The notes beneath the pieces are model-generated. The model ran no database searches. It was not told the origin of the DNA and worked only from the letters and a program-made list of their open reading frames with translations. Positions 9,363-19,123 of a stretch of 64,000 bases of DNA are shown here, piece after piece. The translations under genes and the position numbers were made by a program. Positions within the stretch are counted from its first letter, which is position 1. Each line of letters starts with the position of its first letter. The stretch comes from Acidobacteriota bacterium (GTDB lineage Bacteria; Acidobacteriota; UBA6911), in NCBI GenBank assembly GCA_031271905.1, contig JAISUT010000047.1:26350-90349 (forward strand), given 5' to 3'.

Positions 9363-9514
9363 GGTCTTCTCCTTGGGTGGGGCGGTGGCAAAGCGACCGC
9401 CGTCGAAACGCACACGATCCGAAAGCCGACATTATACTCAATTTGCCCTTGCCCTTCAGTCGGGAAATTCATATTGTCAACCTGGCAGTCAAAGGACAAG
9501 GAGGGGTGTCACAC

Positions 9515-10228
9515 ATGGACGAGACCGCGCTATATAAGATTTCCTATGGGCTCTATGTCGTCGGCGTCAAGGCGGAGGGGCGTTTCGGCGGTTGCGTGGT
9601 GGACGCGGTGGCGCAGGTGTCCAGCGGCAAGCCGCCGATGGTCATCCTCGGCAGCATGAACAACAACCAGACCAACCGGCGCATCAAGGAGGGCTGCGAG
9701 TTCACGCTCTCGGTGCTGCCGGAGGACGTCCACCCCTTCGTCATCGCCAACTTCGGGTTCCAGTCGGCGCAGGATGCGGACAAGTGGGCGAACGTGCGGC
9801 ACACGGTGTCGGACGGCCTTCCCGTCCTTGACGACGCGGTCGCCTACCTCCGTTGCAAGGTGGCGGAGGCGAAGGAGCTGGCGACCCACACGGTGTTCTT
9901 CTGCGAGGTGGCCGACGCCTGGAAGGGGGCGAACGCCGCGAAGCCCGTCGTCTACGGCGACTACCAGGCGACGATGAAGCCCGCCGCAGTCGCCGCCTTC
10001 AAGGCGTACAAGGACACGGGCGCCGTCCCGGAGACGAACCTGTCGCGGACGGACAAAGCCGTCGCGGCGACCGCCGCGCCATCCCAGGCCGGGGAGGCGA
10101 AGAAGCCCAAATGGCAGTGCCGCGTCTGCGGCTACGTGTACGAGGGGGATGTCCCGTTCGAGGAGTTGCCCGACGACTGGCGGTGCCCCTTGTGCGGCAT
10201 GGGCAAGGACTCCTTCGACAAGGTTTGA
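9515..10228 (+). CDS. flavin reductase-like domain fused to a C-terminal rubredoxin (high-molecular-weight rubredoxin, Hrb-type)
   Basis: N-terminal flavin reductase fold ([12 protein letters not shown]...GGCVVDAV). C-terminal rubredoxin with [10 protein letters not shown]...WRCPLCG. AAGGAGGGG RBS. Confidence 0.85.
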   Translation: MDETALYKISYGLYVVGVKAEGRFGGCVVDAVAQVSSGKPPMVILGSMNNNQTNRRIKEGCEFTLSVLPEDVHPFVIANFGFQSAQDADKWANVRHTVSDGLPVLDDAVAYLRCKVAEAKELATHTVFFCEVADAWKGANAAKPVVYGDYQATMKPAAVAAFKAYKDTGAVPETNLSRTDKAVAATAAPSQAGEAKKPKWQCRVCGYVYEGDVPFEELPDDWRCPLCGMGKDSFDKV

Positions 10229-10275
10229 CGGAGGCGGCAGGCGGCATCTATCGAGGGGCGCAAGCGGAAGCCTTT

Positions 10276-10338
10276 TGGGAGCCTCCAAAAACCTCGCAGA
10301 CAAGGCGTCGCCGCAGGTCGAAAAGGCGCGGCACCGCT
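10276..10338 (+). repeat. copy A of the interspersed element (left half only)
   Basis: GGGAGCCTCCAAAAACCTCGCAGACAAGGCGTCGCCGCAGGTCGAAAAGGCGCGG..., located between hrb and the SYLF gene. Confidence 0.75.
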
Positions 10339-11126
10339 TACGGAAGGGCGGCGGGCGGCGGCTCCGGCGCGGCTTTGGGCTTCGGCGGGCTGATCTTGTT
10401 CAACTGCTCCAGGAATATCCCCACGTCCTTCGCGGCGTCGGGGGAAGGCTCGGGGACGGGGGACGCCTCCGCCCCGGCGCCATCCCCGTCGTCCCCGTCG
10501 CCATCCGCCGCCCCTTGCAGCAGGAGCGTGCGGGCGTCCACCGGCCGCTGGTACAGCCACATGTTGGCGTCCTTGTCCTGGCGGACAGTCCCCCCTTTGA
10601 CGACCAAGCCCCCGAACAGGCCGCGGGCGCGGGAATAGGCGAGGATTTCCGCCGACATCCAGAGGTCGGTCTCCGCCGCCGCCGTCCGTCCGACCGGACC
10701 CGCAGCGACCGAGGCGTCGCCGCCCAAGGTGAACTTGCTGTCGAGCAGGCTTTCGATCCCGCGCAGGTTCATGACCATCAGGATGAGATCGACCGACTGC
10801 GCTCCGATCTGGAACCCGAAGCTGCCCCCCTCGAGCCGGAACATGGACGGGTTGCTCCACGCGCCCGCGCCACCCTCCGTCCGGCAGGACATGAGCCCCT
10901 TGCCGTAGTTGGCTCCGAAGATGAACCCGCCCTTTTTCATCCCGGGGATGACCGCGACGCAGGCGCACCTGTCCAGCAACTCCTGCGGGATCCCGCCGTC
11001 CGGCGCGTCCGCGATCTCTTTGAGCACCACGGCGCCGCGCACGACGCGATCCTCGACGTCTCCCGCCGTCGCCAAGGCGGCGGCGCACAGGCACGACAAG
11101 ACTACTACCGGCAGGATTTTTCTCAT
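10338..11126 (-). CDS. exported SYLF (Ysc84/DUF500) lipid-binding domain protein with a Pro/Ala-rich C-terminal tail
   Basis: Signal peptide MRKILPVVVLSCLCAAALA. The core (...VIPGMKKGGFIFGANYGKG...GGSFGFQIGAQ...) is typical of the SYLF domain. Confidence 0.55.
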   Translation of the reverse strand: MRKILPVVVLSCLCAAALATAGDVEDRVVRGAVVLKEIADAPDGGIPQELLDRCACVAVIPGMKKGGFIFGANYGKGLMSCRTEGGAGAWSNPSMFRLEGGSFGFQIGAQSVDLILMVMNLRGIESLLDSKFTLGGDASVAAGPVGRTAAAETDLWMSAEILAYSRARGLFGGLVVKGGTVRQDKDANMWLYQRPVDARTLLLQGAADGDGDDGDGAGAEASPVPEPSPDAAKDVGIFLEQLNKISPPKPKAAPEPPPAALP

Positions 11127-11156
11127 GGACGCCTCAGATGCCTCAAGATGCCTGAA

Positions 11157-11197
11157 AACAAGGCGGGGCGGGCGGCGCACCGCCCGTCCGCCTTGGT
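11157..11197 (-). terminator. GC-rich hairpin terminator after the radical SAM gene
   Basis: AAGGCGGGGCGGGCGG-cgca-CCGCCCGTCCGCCTT flanked by T-runs on both strands. Confidence 0.45.
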
Positions 11198-11200
11198 GTT

Positions 11201-12283
11201 TTACGCGGCCTTCGACTTGAAAGAGAAGAACTCGGCGACGTTCTCGGTCAGCAGTTGGGTGTAGGACTTGTCCAGGTAGGAGCGGATGGAGACGTAGCAC
11301 TGGTCGCAGGTGTTCCTCTCGGTGAACTCCTTGACCATCTTCTCCTGCTCGTGGAGGCCGTAGCGCTTGAACTGCATCGAGCAGGGCTGGAGCGCGCCGT
11401 CGCTCGTGACGACCAGCCAGCGCAGGCCCGCCTTGCAGTTGGGCGTGCCGCCGCGGTGGAAATACTCCCGCGTCGCGTCCAGGGTGGTGTTGTTGGTGGT
11501 GATCCAATGGGAGCTGTTCATCCGCTCCTTGAGCCGGGCGAGCTCCCTGTCCAGCAGCTCCAACTGCTCCCGCCTGTCCGGGAAATACTCGCGCGCCACG
11601 CCCCGACGGGGCACGTCGCCCCACCGGCGCACCAGCGTCTCGGGCGTCTCGTGGAAATCCGCGCGGCAGGCGGTGCGCCACGGCGAGTAGGCGCTGAAGT
11701 TGATGTTGACCCCCCATTCCTCCGCCTTGCTGGCGTTGGCGTTGATGTCGCCGATGTTCCAGGCGGTGATGCAGTTGTTCATGACGATGTCGTCGAAGCC
11801 CAGCTTCGCCGCCGCCGGAATCACCTTGCCTAGATGGTCGAAGTGCCCCGGCAGGCCCCGGAAGTCGTCATGGCGCTGCGCGTCGGGGAAGTCCAAGCTG
11901 ACGCAGAATTCGTCCACGCCCACGTCCCGCAACCTCTTATACCGGTCCACGGTCATCTCCGACCAGTTGGAGACCAGGATCAGGTAGGGGAGCCCGGACG
12001 AGGACTTGATGTTTTTCACGACGTCTTCCAAGTCGTCGCGCAACAGGGGTTCGCCGCCGGAGACCTGCACGACGACGGGTCGCAACACTTCCATGTACCT
12101 TTTGTAGTCCGCAGGCTTCATGTCTTTCGACATGTCGCGGGGGCCGCCGTGGTCGCAATGCCTGCAATAGCAGGTGCAGGAGTCGGTGACTTCGAAAGAC
12201 ACGACGATCGGCCGCCCGGCCCGCCAATTCATGGAGCCTTGGGCGATGATCCGCAAGGATTCCCCAAAGGGGACTTTACGCAT
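11201..12283 (-). CDS. radical SAM enzyme with a SPASM/twitch-like C-terminal Cys cluster
   Basis: CxxxCxxC in DSCTCYCRHC, the GGEPLL SAM-binding motif, and C-terminal Cys clusters (CKAG...CSMQ, CDQCY). GGAGG RBS 8 nt before the ATG at 12283. Confidence 0.7.
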   Translation of the reverse strand: MRKVPFGESLRIIAQGSMNWRAGRPIVVSFEVTDSCTCYCRHCDHGGPRDMSKDMKPADYKRYMEVLRPVVVQVSGGEPLLRDDLEDVVKNIKSSSGLPYLILVSNWSEMTVDRYKRLRDVGVDEFCVSLDFPDAQRHDDFRGLPGHFDHLGKVIPAAAKLGFDDIVMNNCITAWNIGDINANASKAEEWGVNINFSAYSPWRTACRADFHETPETLVRRWGDVPRRGVAREYFPDRREQLELLDRELARLKERMNSSHWITTNNTTLDATREYFHRGGTPNCKAGLRWLVVTSDGALQPCSMQFKRYGLHEQEKMVKEFTERNTCDQCYVSIRSYLDKSYTQLLTENVAEFFSFKSKAA

Positions 12284-12457
12284 GATAATTACCTCCACAA
12301 AGGTTCGCTGCGCAAAAAGAACCGTAAATCGTAGCAGATGGCGTTTTGATAAAGCAAGTTTCAGTTTCCAGAGGGAGGCAGAGGGGTTTCCCGGAGTTTT
12401 CCCGGAGGGGGCGGCGCCGCCCCTGGACCGCCCCTGCGCCGCCTTGCCGTGGCGGGC

Positions 12458-13420
12458 TCACACTTCCGGCAGGCAGAACGAGGTCTCCAGCGACTCGCCG
12501 CAATCGGCGCAATGCCAGTCGATGTCCAGCTTCGTGCATTTGACCCCCTCGGCGGTGGACCATGCCGCCTCCCACGGGGCGTGGCAACGCGGGCAGACGG
12601 GGGACGCCGCGAGCAGGATCTCCAACCGCCTCCCGGCGGCGCGGGGGGCGCGGGGATCCTGTATGCGCAACTTGCGGACGCGCAGGTCGGCGACGCCCGC
12701 ATCCCGCAGCTCCCGGAGCAACTTGCGGAAGAAGCCGAGGGAGTCCCGCGCCTTCCCCGCCGCCATCCTGCGCCCCGCCGCAGTGCGCATGTTGCCGGGC
12801 AGGCAGGCGGCGTAGGTCAGCTCCTTGCTCAGGTGGCCGAGCATCGCCCCGTGCATCGAGCGCCCGCGCAGGGTCGCCTTGGTGAAGAACGCCGCGACCC
12901 CCATGGCGCCGAACTTGGACAGGAAGTCGGCGTCATGCACCAGCGCCGCGACGCGGTTCTTCGGCGACTTCTCGTTGTAAAGGGCGCCCAGCCCCCCGAG
13001 GACTGCGCGCAACTCCGCCGGTTTCAGCGGGGTTCCGCCTAGGAGCCGCCGCGCGACCTTCGCCGACTCCTCCTCCTCGGCGGTGTCCCCGCCGTGGTAC
13101 TCCCCGCCGGCGAACTTCCCCGCGTCATGGAAAAGCGCCGCGAGCACCGGGACGAGCGCGGCATCGTCATCCATGCCCTCCATCCGCGCCAGCTTGAAGG
13201 TGAGCGACGCCACCTGCGCCGTGTGCTCCCAGAGGTGGCTCTCGCCCCCCGGGCCCGTCGCGGCGCCCTTCCCCTCGTAGGCCCTCTCCAAAGCCTCGAC
13301 CGTCTCGCGTATCCTGTCCAGAAGCCCCGGCAGGCGCGCCTGGACGAGCCGCCCGTAGCTTTGCGCCGACGCATCGGCGGTCTTGCCGGCCTTCGACGGC
13401 CGCGCCCGTCTCATCATTTC
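12458..13420 (-). CDS. HD-domain phosphohydrolase with a C-terminal zinc-ribbon
   Basis: HD signature ...ALFHDAGK...ALVHDADFLSK. C-terminal CPRC...CADCG zinc-ribbon. Start uncertain. Confidence 0.6.
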   Translation of the reverse strand, partial: EMMRRARPSKAGKTADASAQSYGRLVQARLPGLLDRIRETVEALERAYEGKGAATGPGGESHLWEHTAQVASLTFKLARMEGMDDDAALVPVLAALFHDAGKFAGGEYHGGDTAEEEESAKVARRLLGGTPLKPAELRAVLGGLGALYNEKSPKNRVAALVHDADFLSKFGAMGVAAFFTKATLRGRSMHGAMLGHLSKELTYAACLPGNMRTAAGRRMAAGKARDSLGFFRKLLRELRDAGVADLRVRKLRIQDPRAPRAAGRRLEILLAASPVCPRCHAPWEAAWSTAEGVKCTKLDIDWHCADCGESLETSFCLPEV

Positions 13421-13542
13421 GACACCCGTCACCCGTATCCGTCTGAATCCGCCGCCTGCAAGGGCTGGGCGCGACCCCTCCTCCACGTCCAGCATTTGCC
13501 ATGCCGGGATTCCGCCCCCGCCGCAAACGGCGGGGCGCCCCC

Positions 13543-15057
13543 TCACGCGGGGAAGCTACGGCAGACCCCGTCGTACTCCTTCCACCACCCCTGGAGCTGG
13601 TCCATGCCCGCCATGCGCGGCTCGTCGCCGCCGCCCGCCGACTTCAGGTACTCGCGCAGGATGGGCTGGAAGTGCGGGTGCGCGCACTTCTCGATGATCT
13701 CCTCCGCGCGGTGGCGCGCCGAACGGACTTCCAGGTTCAGCGCGAACCCCTGCTCGGTCACCACGCAATGGATGTCGTGCTCGGTGTGGTCGATGTGCCG
13801 GACGTAGGGCAGGACGCAACTGACCACGCGCCCGTCCTTGAGCTTGCGCACCGACGGGGTGTGGACGACGCTCAGGTAGGCGTGGCGGAAGAAGTCGCCG
13901 CTGCCGCCCAGGCCGTTGATGACCTTCGAGCCGTCGACGTGCGTGGAGTTGACGTGGCCGTAGATGTCCACCTCGATAGGCGTGTTCATCGCGACCACGA
14001 ACATCCGCGTGATCATCTCGCCGTTGTTGGAGAGCCACATCGGCCGGAGCACCAGCCGCTCGCGGCACTTGGCGAACAGGCGGTGGAACTCGTCGCGCGC
14101 CTGCTGCGAGAAGGAGACGGCGGTCGCCGACGCCCCCTCGAACTTCTCGTCGTCCTCGACGTAGCGCATCATCCCGTCCTGGAACACCTCGGTCCAGAAG
14201 CGGATCTTCTTGAACGGCGAGTCGTACAGCGCCCCGACGATGGCGTTGGCGATGTTTCCCACCCCCGACTGCATCGGCGGCAGCTTGTCGCCCCAGCCGA
14301 AGCGCTTGTGGCAGTAGAGGAGGAACTCGATCACGTTCTGCGAGATCTTCAGCTCGGTCGGCGAGGTCGGCTTGAAGGCGACCGGGTAATCGGGCTGCCG
14401 CGACTCGACGACGGCCACGACCTTGCTCTTGTCGAACTCGACGTAGGGCGTGCCGACGCGGTCGCCGACGTTGACGATCGGCACCGGCCAGTTCGGCTTG
14501 GGGTACACGCCGGGGAGCGCGATGTCGTGGAAGCCCGTGTAGTCCGGCAGCTCGGGGTTCACCTCCAGGATGACCTTCTTGGCGTGGGTGAGCGCCTCGG
14601 CCGAGATGCCCGCCGAGCCGGAGAGGATGACGCTGCCGTCGGGGCGGATGCGCGTCACCTCGACCACGGCCAGGTTCAGGTCGCCGTAGAAGCCGTAGGC
14701 CAGGTTGCGCGCGAAGGCCGACAGGTGGATGTCGGCGAAATCCAGCTCGCCCGCGTGGATGCGCTTGCGCGACGCCTTGGAGGACATGTACGGGGCGCGG
14801 CGTTCGAGGTAGGGGGCGATCTTCCCCTCGACCTCTTCGGCGAGGGACGCGCCGGTGAACAGGCTGACCCGGTTCTCGGGCGCGGTCTTCTCGAAATGGG
14901 CCGCCAACGCGGGGAGGAACGTCTTGGGCTCGCCCGTCTTGGTGAAGCCGCTGATTCCTATCCTGTCGTGGTTCGAGACCAGTTTGACCGCCTCTTCGAC
15001 GGGCATGAGTTTATCCAGTAATTCCTTGCATTCGACGCGCTCGGCTATCGTTGACAT
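13543..15057 (-). CDS. acetyl-CoA hydrolase/transferase family protein (Cat1/ScpC-like CoA-transferase)
   Basis: 504 aa from MSTIAERVE...; conserved CoA-transferase family blocks (GxGGxxD-like ...INGLGGSGDF...). Confidence 0.85.
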   Translation of the reverse strand: MSTIAERVECKELLDKLMPVEEAVKLVSNHDRIGISGFTKTGEPKTFLPALAAHFEKTAPENRVSLFTGASLAEEVEGKIAPYLERRAPYMSSKASRKRIHAGELDFADIHLSAFARNLAYGFYGDLNLAVVEVTRIRPDGSVILSGSAGISAEALTHAKKVILEVNPELPDYTGFHDIALPGVYPKPNWPVPIVNVGDRVGTPYVEFDKSKVVAVVESRQPDYPVAFKPTSPTELKISQNVIEFLLYCHKRFGWGDKLPPMQSGVGNIANAIVGALYDSPFKKIRFWTEVFQDGMMRYVEDDEKFEGASATAVSFSQQARDEFHRLFAKCRERLVLRPMWLSNNGEMITRMFVVAMNTPIEVDIYGHVNSTHVDGSKVINGLGGSGDFFRHAYLSVVHTPSVRKLKDGRVVSCVLPYVRHIDHTEHDIHCVVTEQGFALNLEVRSARHRAEEIIEKCAHPHFQPILREYLKSAGGGDEPRMAGMDQLQGWWKEYDGVCRSFPA

Positions 15058-15405
15058 CTTTCTTGGCTCCAGAACTAAAAATCCTGCGGATTCGTTGGTT
15101 GTGTCCTTCCCCCTGCGTTGCGCCCCCGGCGTTCCCGGCGGTTGCGGGACGATCCCCATGGCTTCCCGCCAACGCTCGTGGACGATGGGGATTGTCGCCG
15201 GAAACCCGGTATTATGGCACATCCGCGCCTGGGAGACGGGTCAAATTTCAAGAAATGCGGATGTTTTCTTGCGCGGGGGCGCCCAGGACATTAAGATTAT
15301 CGCCTTGCCGCAGGGGCGCCGCGACTTCGGGGTGCCGGCGGCTGTGCGGCAAGCGGCGGATAGGAATCGTTTCCGACAGGGGGAACAGGGAAAACAGGGG
15401 GATGC

Positions 15406-16485
15406 ATGGCGCGGATTCATAATTTCAACGCAGGGCCAGCGGCGTTGCCGCTGGAGGTCATCGAACAGGCGCAGGCCGAGCTTCCGGACTACAACGGCCT
15501 CGGCATGTCCGTCATGGAGCTGTCCCACCGCTCCAAGGAGTTCCAGGCCGTCGCCGACGGCGCGGAGGCGGGCCTGCGGCGGCTGATGCGCATCCCGGAC
15601 GGCTACGACGTGCTGTTCCTGCAAGGGGGCGCGAGCCTCCAGTTCGCGATGGTGCCGATGAACCTGCGCCGCCCGGGCAAGAGCGCGGACTACATCGACA
15701 CCGGCAGTTGGGCCAACCGCGCGCTCAAGGAGGCGCAGGTCACCGGCGCGGTCAACGTCGCCTGGTCGGGGAAGGCCGACAACTACACGCGCATCCCCAA
15801 GGAGTCGGAGCTGCGCCTGTCGCCGGACGCGGAATACGTCCACCTTTGCTCGAACGAGACCATCGGCGGCATCCGCTGGACGCAGTTCCCCTCCGTCTCG
15901 ACGCCGCTGGTCGTGGACATGTCGAGCGACATCCTCTCGCGCGAGATCGACATCGCCCGGTTCGACATGGCCTACGCCGGGGCGCAGAAGAACCTCGGCC
16001 CGTCGGGACTGGCCGTCGTCATCATGAAAAAGGAGCTGGCCGCGCGCGCCCCGGAGGACACGCCGATCTTCTTCCGCTACTCCACGCACGCCAAGGACAA
16101 GAGCCTCTACAACACGCCCAACACCTGGGCGATCTACCTGCTGGACCTGACCTGCAAATGGGTCGAGGCGAAAGGCGGCGTGGCGGCGATGGAGCAGGCC
16201 AACGACAAGAAGGCCGCCGTGCTCTACGGCGTGCTCGACGCCAGCGACTTCTGGCGCTCGCCGGTGGAGGTGGAGAGCCGTTCGACCATGAACGTGGTCT
16301 GGCGCCTCGGCAGCGAGGAGCTGGAGGCGCGGTTCGTCTCCGAGGCGAAGCAGGCGGGGATGGTGGGCTTGAAGGGGCACCGCTCGGTGGGCGGCATCCG
16401 CGCCAGCATCTACAACGCCGTCACCTTGGAGTCGGTCGAGGCGCTGGCCGCGTTCATGAAGGACTTCGAAAAGAAGAACGGATAG
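15406..16485 (+). CDS. serC: phosphoserine aminotransferase
   Basis: 359 aa. MARIHNFNAGPAALP... with the class V aminotransferase PLP-lysine region. Confidence 0.9.
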   Translation: MARIHNFNAGPAALPLEVIEQAQAELPDYNGLGMSVMELSHRSKEFQAVADGAEAGLRRLMRIPDGYDVLFLQGGASLQFAMVPMNLRRPGKSADYIDTGSWANRALKEAQVTGAVNVAWSGKADNYTRIPKESELRLSPDAEYVHLCSNETIGGIRWTQFPSVSTPLVVDMSSDILSREIDIARFDMAYAGAQKNLGPSGLAVVIMKKELAARAPEDTPIFFRYSTHAKDKSLYNTPNTWAIYLLDLTCKWVEAKGGVAAMEQANDKKAAVLYGVLDASDFWRSPVEVESRSTMNVVWRLGSEELEARFVSEAKQAGMVGLKGHRSVGGIRASIYNAVTLESVEALAAFMKDFEKKNG

Positions 16486-16519
16486 CCGCGACAAACACGC
16501 GCTTGGGCGCGCGGGAAAA

Positions 16520-16768
16520 ATGGATCGCAAGGAATTCTTGAAAATGTCGGCGCTGGCGGCGGCGGGGGCCCTCGCCCCTTCCGTCGCGGCGCGCCCCGCC
16601 CGCGGCGAAACGGGGCTGAAAACCGTGCTGCGGGGCGGGCGGTGCTTCCTCTGGAACCATTGGCGGACGCATGACGTCGGCATCGACATGGTTTTCGTGA
16701 ACGGGAAGCTGGCATACCGCGACGGGGCGTTGAAAGAGACGGGCGGCGTCGCCATCAGGTATTCATAG
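16520..16768 (+). pseudogene. truncated gene fragment: Tat signal peptide plus the N-terminal ~50 aa of a metal-dependent amidohydrolase (D-aminoacylase-like), ending prematurely
   Basis: RKEFLKMSALAAAGALA twin-arginine-like signal. ...LRGGRCF...HDVGIDMVFVNGKLAYRDG... matches the first beta-strands of amidohydrolases. Stops after 82 aa, with only 67 nt to the next gene. The segment is flanked by 14-bp direct repeats. Confidence 0.35.
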
Positions 16769-16835
16769 GGGGGCGCTGCTCATAACGGATAGCCGCGCCC
16801 CTGCGGAGATCGTGCGCCGGGCGTCGGCGCGGCGC

Positions 16836-17444
16836 CTACAGCCGCCCTTTGCCTTGGCGCACGATTTCCGGCTCCCCCCCGGTGAAGTCGATGACGGTGG
16901 AGGGCTCCAGCCCTCCGGGGCCGGCGTCGAGGAAGATGTCCGCGATGTGCTCGAAGGCGTCGGCGATCTCCTCCGGGTCGCCCATGGGTGGCTGCTCGGC
17001 GAGGCAGGCGCTGGTGCTAACGACGGGTCGCCCGAACTCGGCGAGCAACGCCTGGCAGATGGCGCTGGACGGCACGCGGATGCCCACGGTCTTCCGCTTC
17101 TCCAGGAGGATGCGCGGCACCTGCTTGGTCGCGGTGAGGATGAAGGTGTACGGGCCGGGCAGGAGGCGCCGCATGATCTTGTAGGCGGAGTCGGGCACGT
17201 AGGCGTACTCGGATATCCCTTTCAGGTCGGGGCAGATGAAGCTCAGGAGCTTGCGCTTGTCGCGCCCCTTGCACTGGTAGATCTTCTCGACGGCGTTCTT
17301 GTTGAGCAGGTCGCACCCCAGCCCGTAGACCGAGTCGGTCGGGTAGACGATCAGCCCGCCGTCCTCGAGAACCCCCGTCGCCGCCCGGATGTGCCGCATC
17401 TGCGGGTTGTCCGGGTGTATCTGCAACCGCCTCATCCCCCTCAC
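16836..17444 (-). CDS. tsaC: L-threonylcarbamoyladenylate synthase (YrdC/Sua5 family, short form)
   Basis: 202 aa. ...GGLIVYPTDSVYGLGCD...KGR...RILLEKRKTVGIRVP... classic YrdC motifs. Confidence 0.85.
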   Translation of the reverse strand: MRGMRRLQIHPDNPQMRHIRAATGVLEDGGLIVYPTDSVYGLGCDLLNKNAVEKIYQCKGRDKRKLLSFICPDLKGISEYAYVPDSAYKIMRRLLPGPYTFILTATKQVPRILLEKRKTVGIRVPSSAICQALLAEFGRPVVSTSACLAEQPPMGDPEEIADAFEHIADIFLDAGPGGLEPSTVIDFTGGEPEIVRQGKGRL

Positions 17445-17616
17445 CTCGCGCGACCTGCGCCTGTCGGATTTGCAAGACGCGCATTATAGCCCGGAAGCCC
17501 CGCTTCCGGCAAAGGCAATGACGCCCCGCCGCGCGGGCCCCGCCGCGCCGCCTATGGACAAAGGCGGAGACGGGTGTGTATCGTTTCAACAGGCGCCTTT
17601 TCGACAGGTGCTTTGA

Positions 17617-18726
17617 ATGGGAGTTGACGAGATGACTGAGAATGTGAAGCAGGCTGGAAATGTGAGAAAGATATGCGTCCTTCCCGGCGACGGGATCGGC
17701 CCTGAAATCGTCGCCTCGGCGCTGGCGGTGCTGAAGCAGGTCGCCAGCGACGCCGGTTTCGCCGTCGAACTGCACGAGGAGGCCATCGGCGGCGTCGCCA
17801 TCGACGCCTTCGGCGACCCCTTGCCCGAGGCGACGCTCCGGCGCAGCCTGGAGAGCGACGCCGTGCTGCTCGGCGCGGTGGGCGGGCCCAAGTGGGACCC
17901 GAACCCGCCCGCGCTGAAGCCGGAGACGGGGCTCCTGGGCATCCGCAAGGCGCTCGGCCTTTACGGCAACCTGCGCCCGGTTAAGATGTTGCCGACCTTG
18001 GTGGACTGCTCCACCCTCAAGCCCGAGACCGTCTCGGGGGTGGACTTCGTGGTGGTGCGCGAACTCACCGGCGGGCTTTATTTCGGCAAGCCGCGCGGCG
18101 TCGAGGCCAGGGATGGCGTCGAAGTCGGCTTCAACAACATGGTCTACAGCCGCCCCGAGATCGAGCGCATCGCGCGCAAGGCGTTCGAGCTGGCGCGCCT
18201 GCGGCGGCGCAAGGTCACATCCGTGGACAAGGCGAACGTCTTGGAGGTCTGCCAGCTCTGGCGCAAGGTCGTGGCGGAGGTCGCCGGCGAATACCCCGAC
18301 GTGGAGCTGGAGCACATCCTGGTGGACAACTGCGCCATGCAACTGGTGCTGCGCCCGACGCGCTTCGACGTGCTGCTGACGGAGAACATGTTCGGCGACA
18401 TCCTCAGCGACATCGGCGGCGTCCTGACCGGCAGCATCGGGACGCTCCCGTCGGCGAGCGTGGGCGACGGCCCGGCGCTGTACGAGCCCATCCACGGCTC
18501 CGCCCCCGACATCGCGGGCAAGGACGTCGCCAACCCCGTGGGGACCGTCAACAGCGTCGCCATGATGTTCGAGCATTCGTTCGGCAGGCCCGACCTGGCG
18601 CGGCGCATCAACGACGCCGTGTGCCGCGTGCTGGAGGAGGGCTACAGGACGGCGGACGTCGCCAAGGCGGGGACGAAGACCATCGGCACGAAGGAGTTCA
18701 CCGCGAGAATCCAAGAGAAGCTGTAA
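17617..18726 (+). CDS. leuB: 3-isopropylmalate dehydrogenase
   Basis: 369 aa. [14 protein letters not shown]..., and the family signature [23 protein letters not shown] is present. Confidence 0.9.
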   Translation: MGVDEMTENVKQAGNVRKICVLPGDGIGPEIVASALAVLKQVASDAGFAVELHEEAIGGVAIDAFGDPLPEATLRRSLESDAVLLGAVGGPKWDPNPPALKPETGLLGIRKALGLYGNLRPVKMLPTLVDCSTLKPETVSGVDFVVVRELTGGLYFGKPRGVEARDGVEVGFNNMVYSRPEIERIARKAFELARLRRRKVTSVDKANVLEVCQLWRKVVAEVAGEYPDVELEHILVDNCAMQLVLRPTRFDVLLTENMFGDILSDIGGVLTGSIGTLPSASVGDGPALYEPIHGSAPDIAGKDVANPVGTVNSVAMMFEHSFGRPDLARRINDAVCRVLEEGYRTADVAKAGTKTIGTKEFTARIQEKL

Positions 18727-18953
18727 AGCCCCCGGGCAGGCTCGGCTATGCCCCAAACGCCGGTTTTCCGCGTAGATGTTGCGAGGTGCGGGGCGAAGCC
18801 CCGCCTTGGAAAGCGGCGGGCTCGCCGCCAGCAACCGTGAAGCGGTTGCAGAAGCCCCAACCCTGGGCTTCGTCCCAAAGCCCGGGGTTGGCGGGCGGCT
18901 TGCCGCCGTCTCCACATGTCCTCTGCGACAAATCGGGGGATTTTTTTGTAGGA

Positions 18954-18969
18954 TGTGACCCTGGTCACA
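18954..18969. promoter_or_regulatory. CRP/FNR-type palindrome TGTGACCCTGGTCACA, 155 bp upstream of the DAHP synthase start
   Basis: Perfect 16-bp palindrome with TGTGA-N6-TCACA geometry. Confidence 0.5.
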
Positions 18970-19123
18970 TCCCCCCGTTTCCCGGATGCTATCTTTCCTC
19001 GGAAATTAAAACGTCCCAAAACCGTCGGGGGCTCCACCCTCGATTGTCGCCGGACGGGGACGCCGCGACGTCGGCGGAAACGATGTTGGCAAACGGGGCG
19101 CGCCGCGCCCGAAGAGATGGGGA

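Noticed and set aside
16520-16768. Treating the 82-aa Tat-signal ORF as a functional small secreted protein
   Set aside because: Its mature part matches only the extreme N-terminus of amidohydrolases and stops abruptly. It is flanked by direct repeats, so a gene remnant is more parsimonious.
18727-19123. Possible riboswitch or leader in the 400-bp region upstream of the DAHP synthase gene
   Set aside because: No recognisable conserved riboswitch core was seen (no T-box specifier or anti-terminator pattern). The region is better explained by a promoter with the CRP-type site plus GC-rich hairpins.
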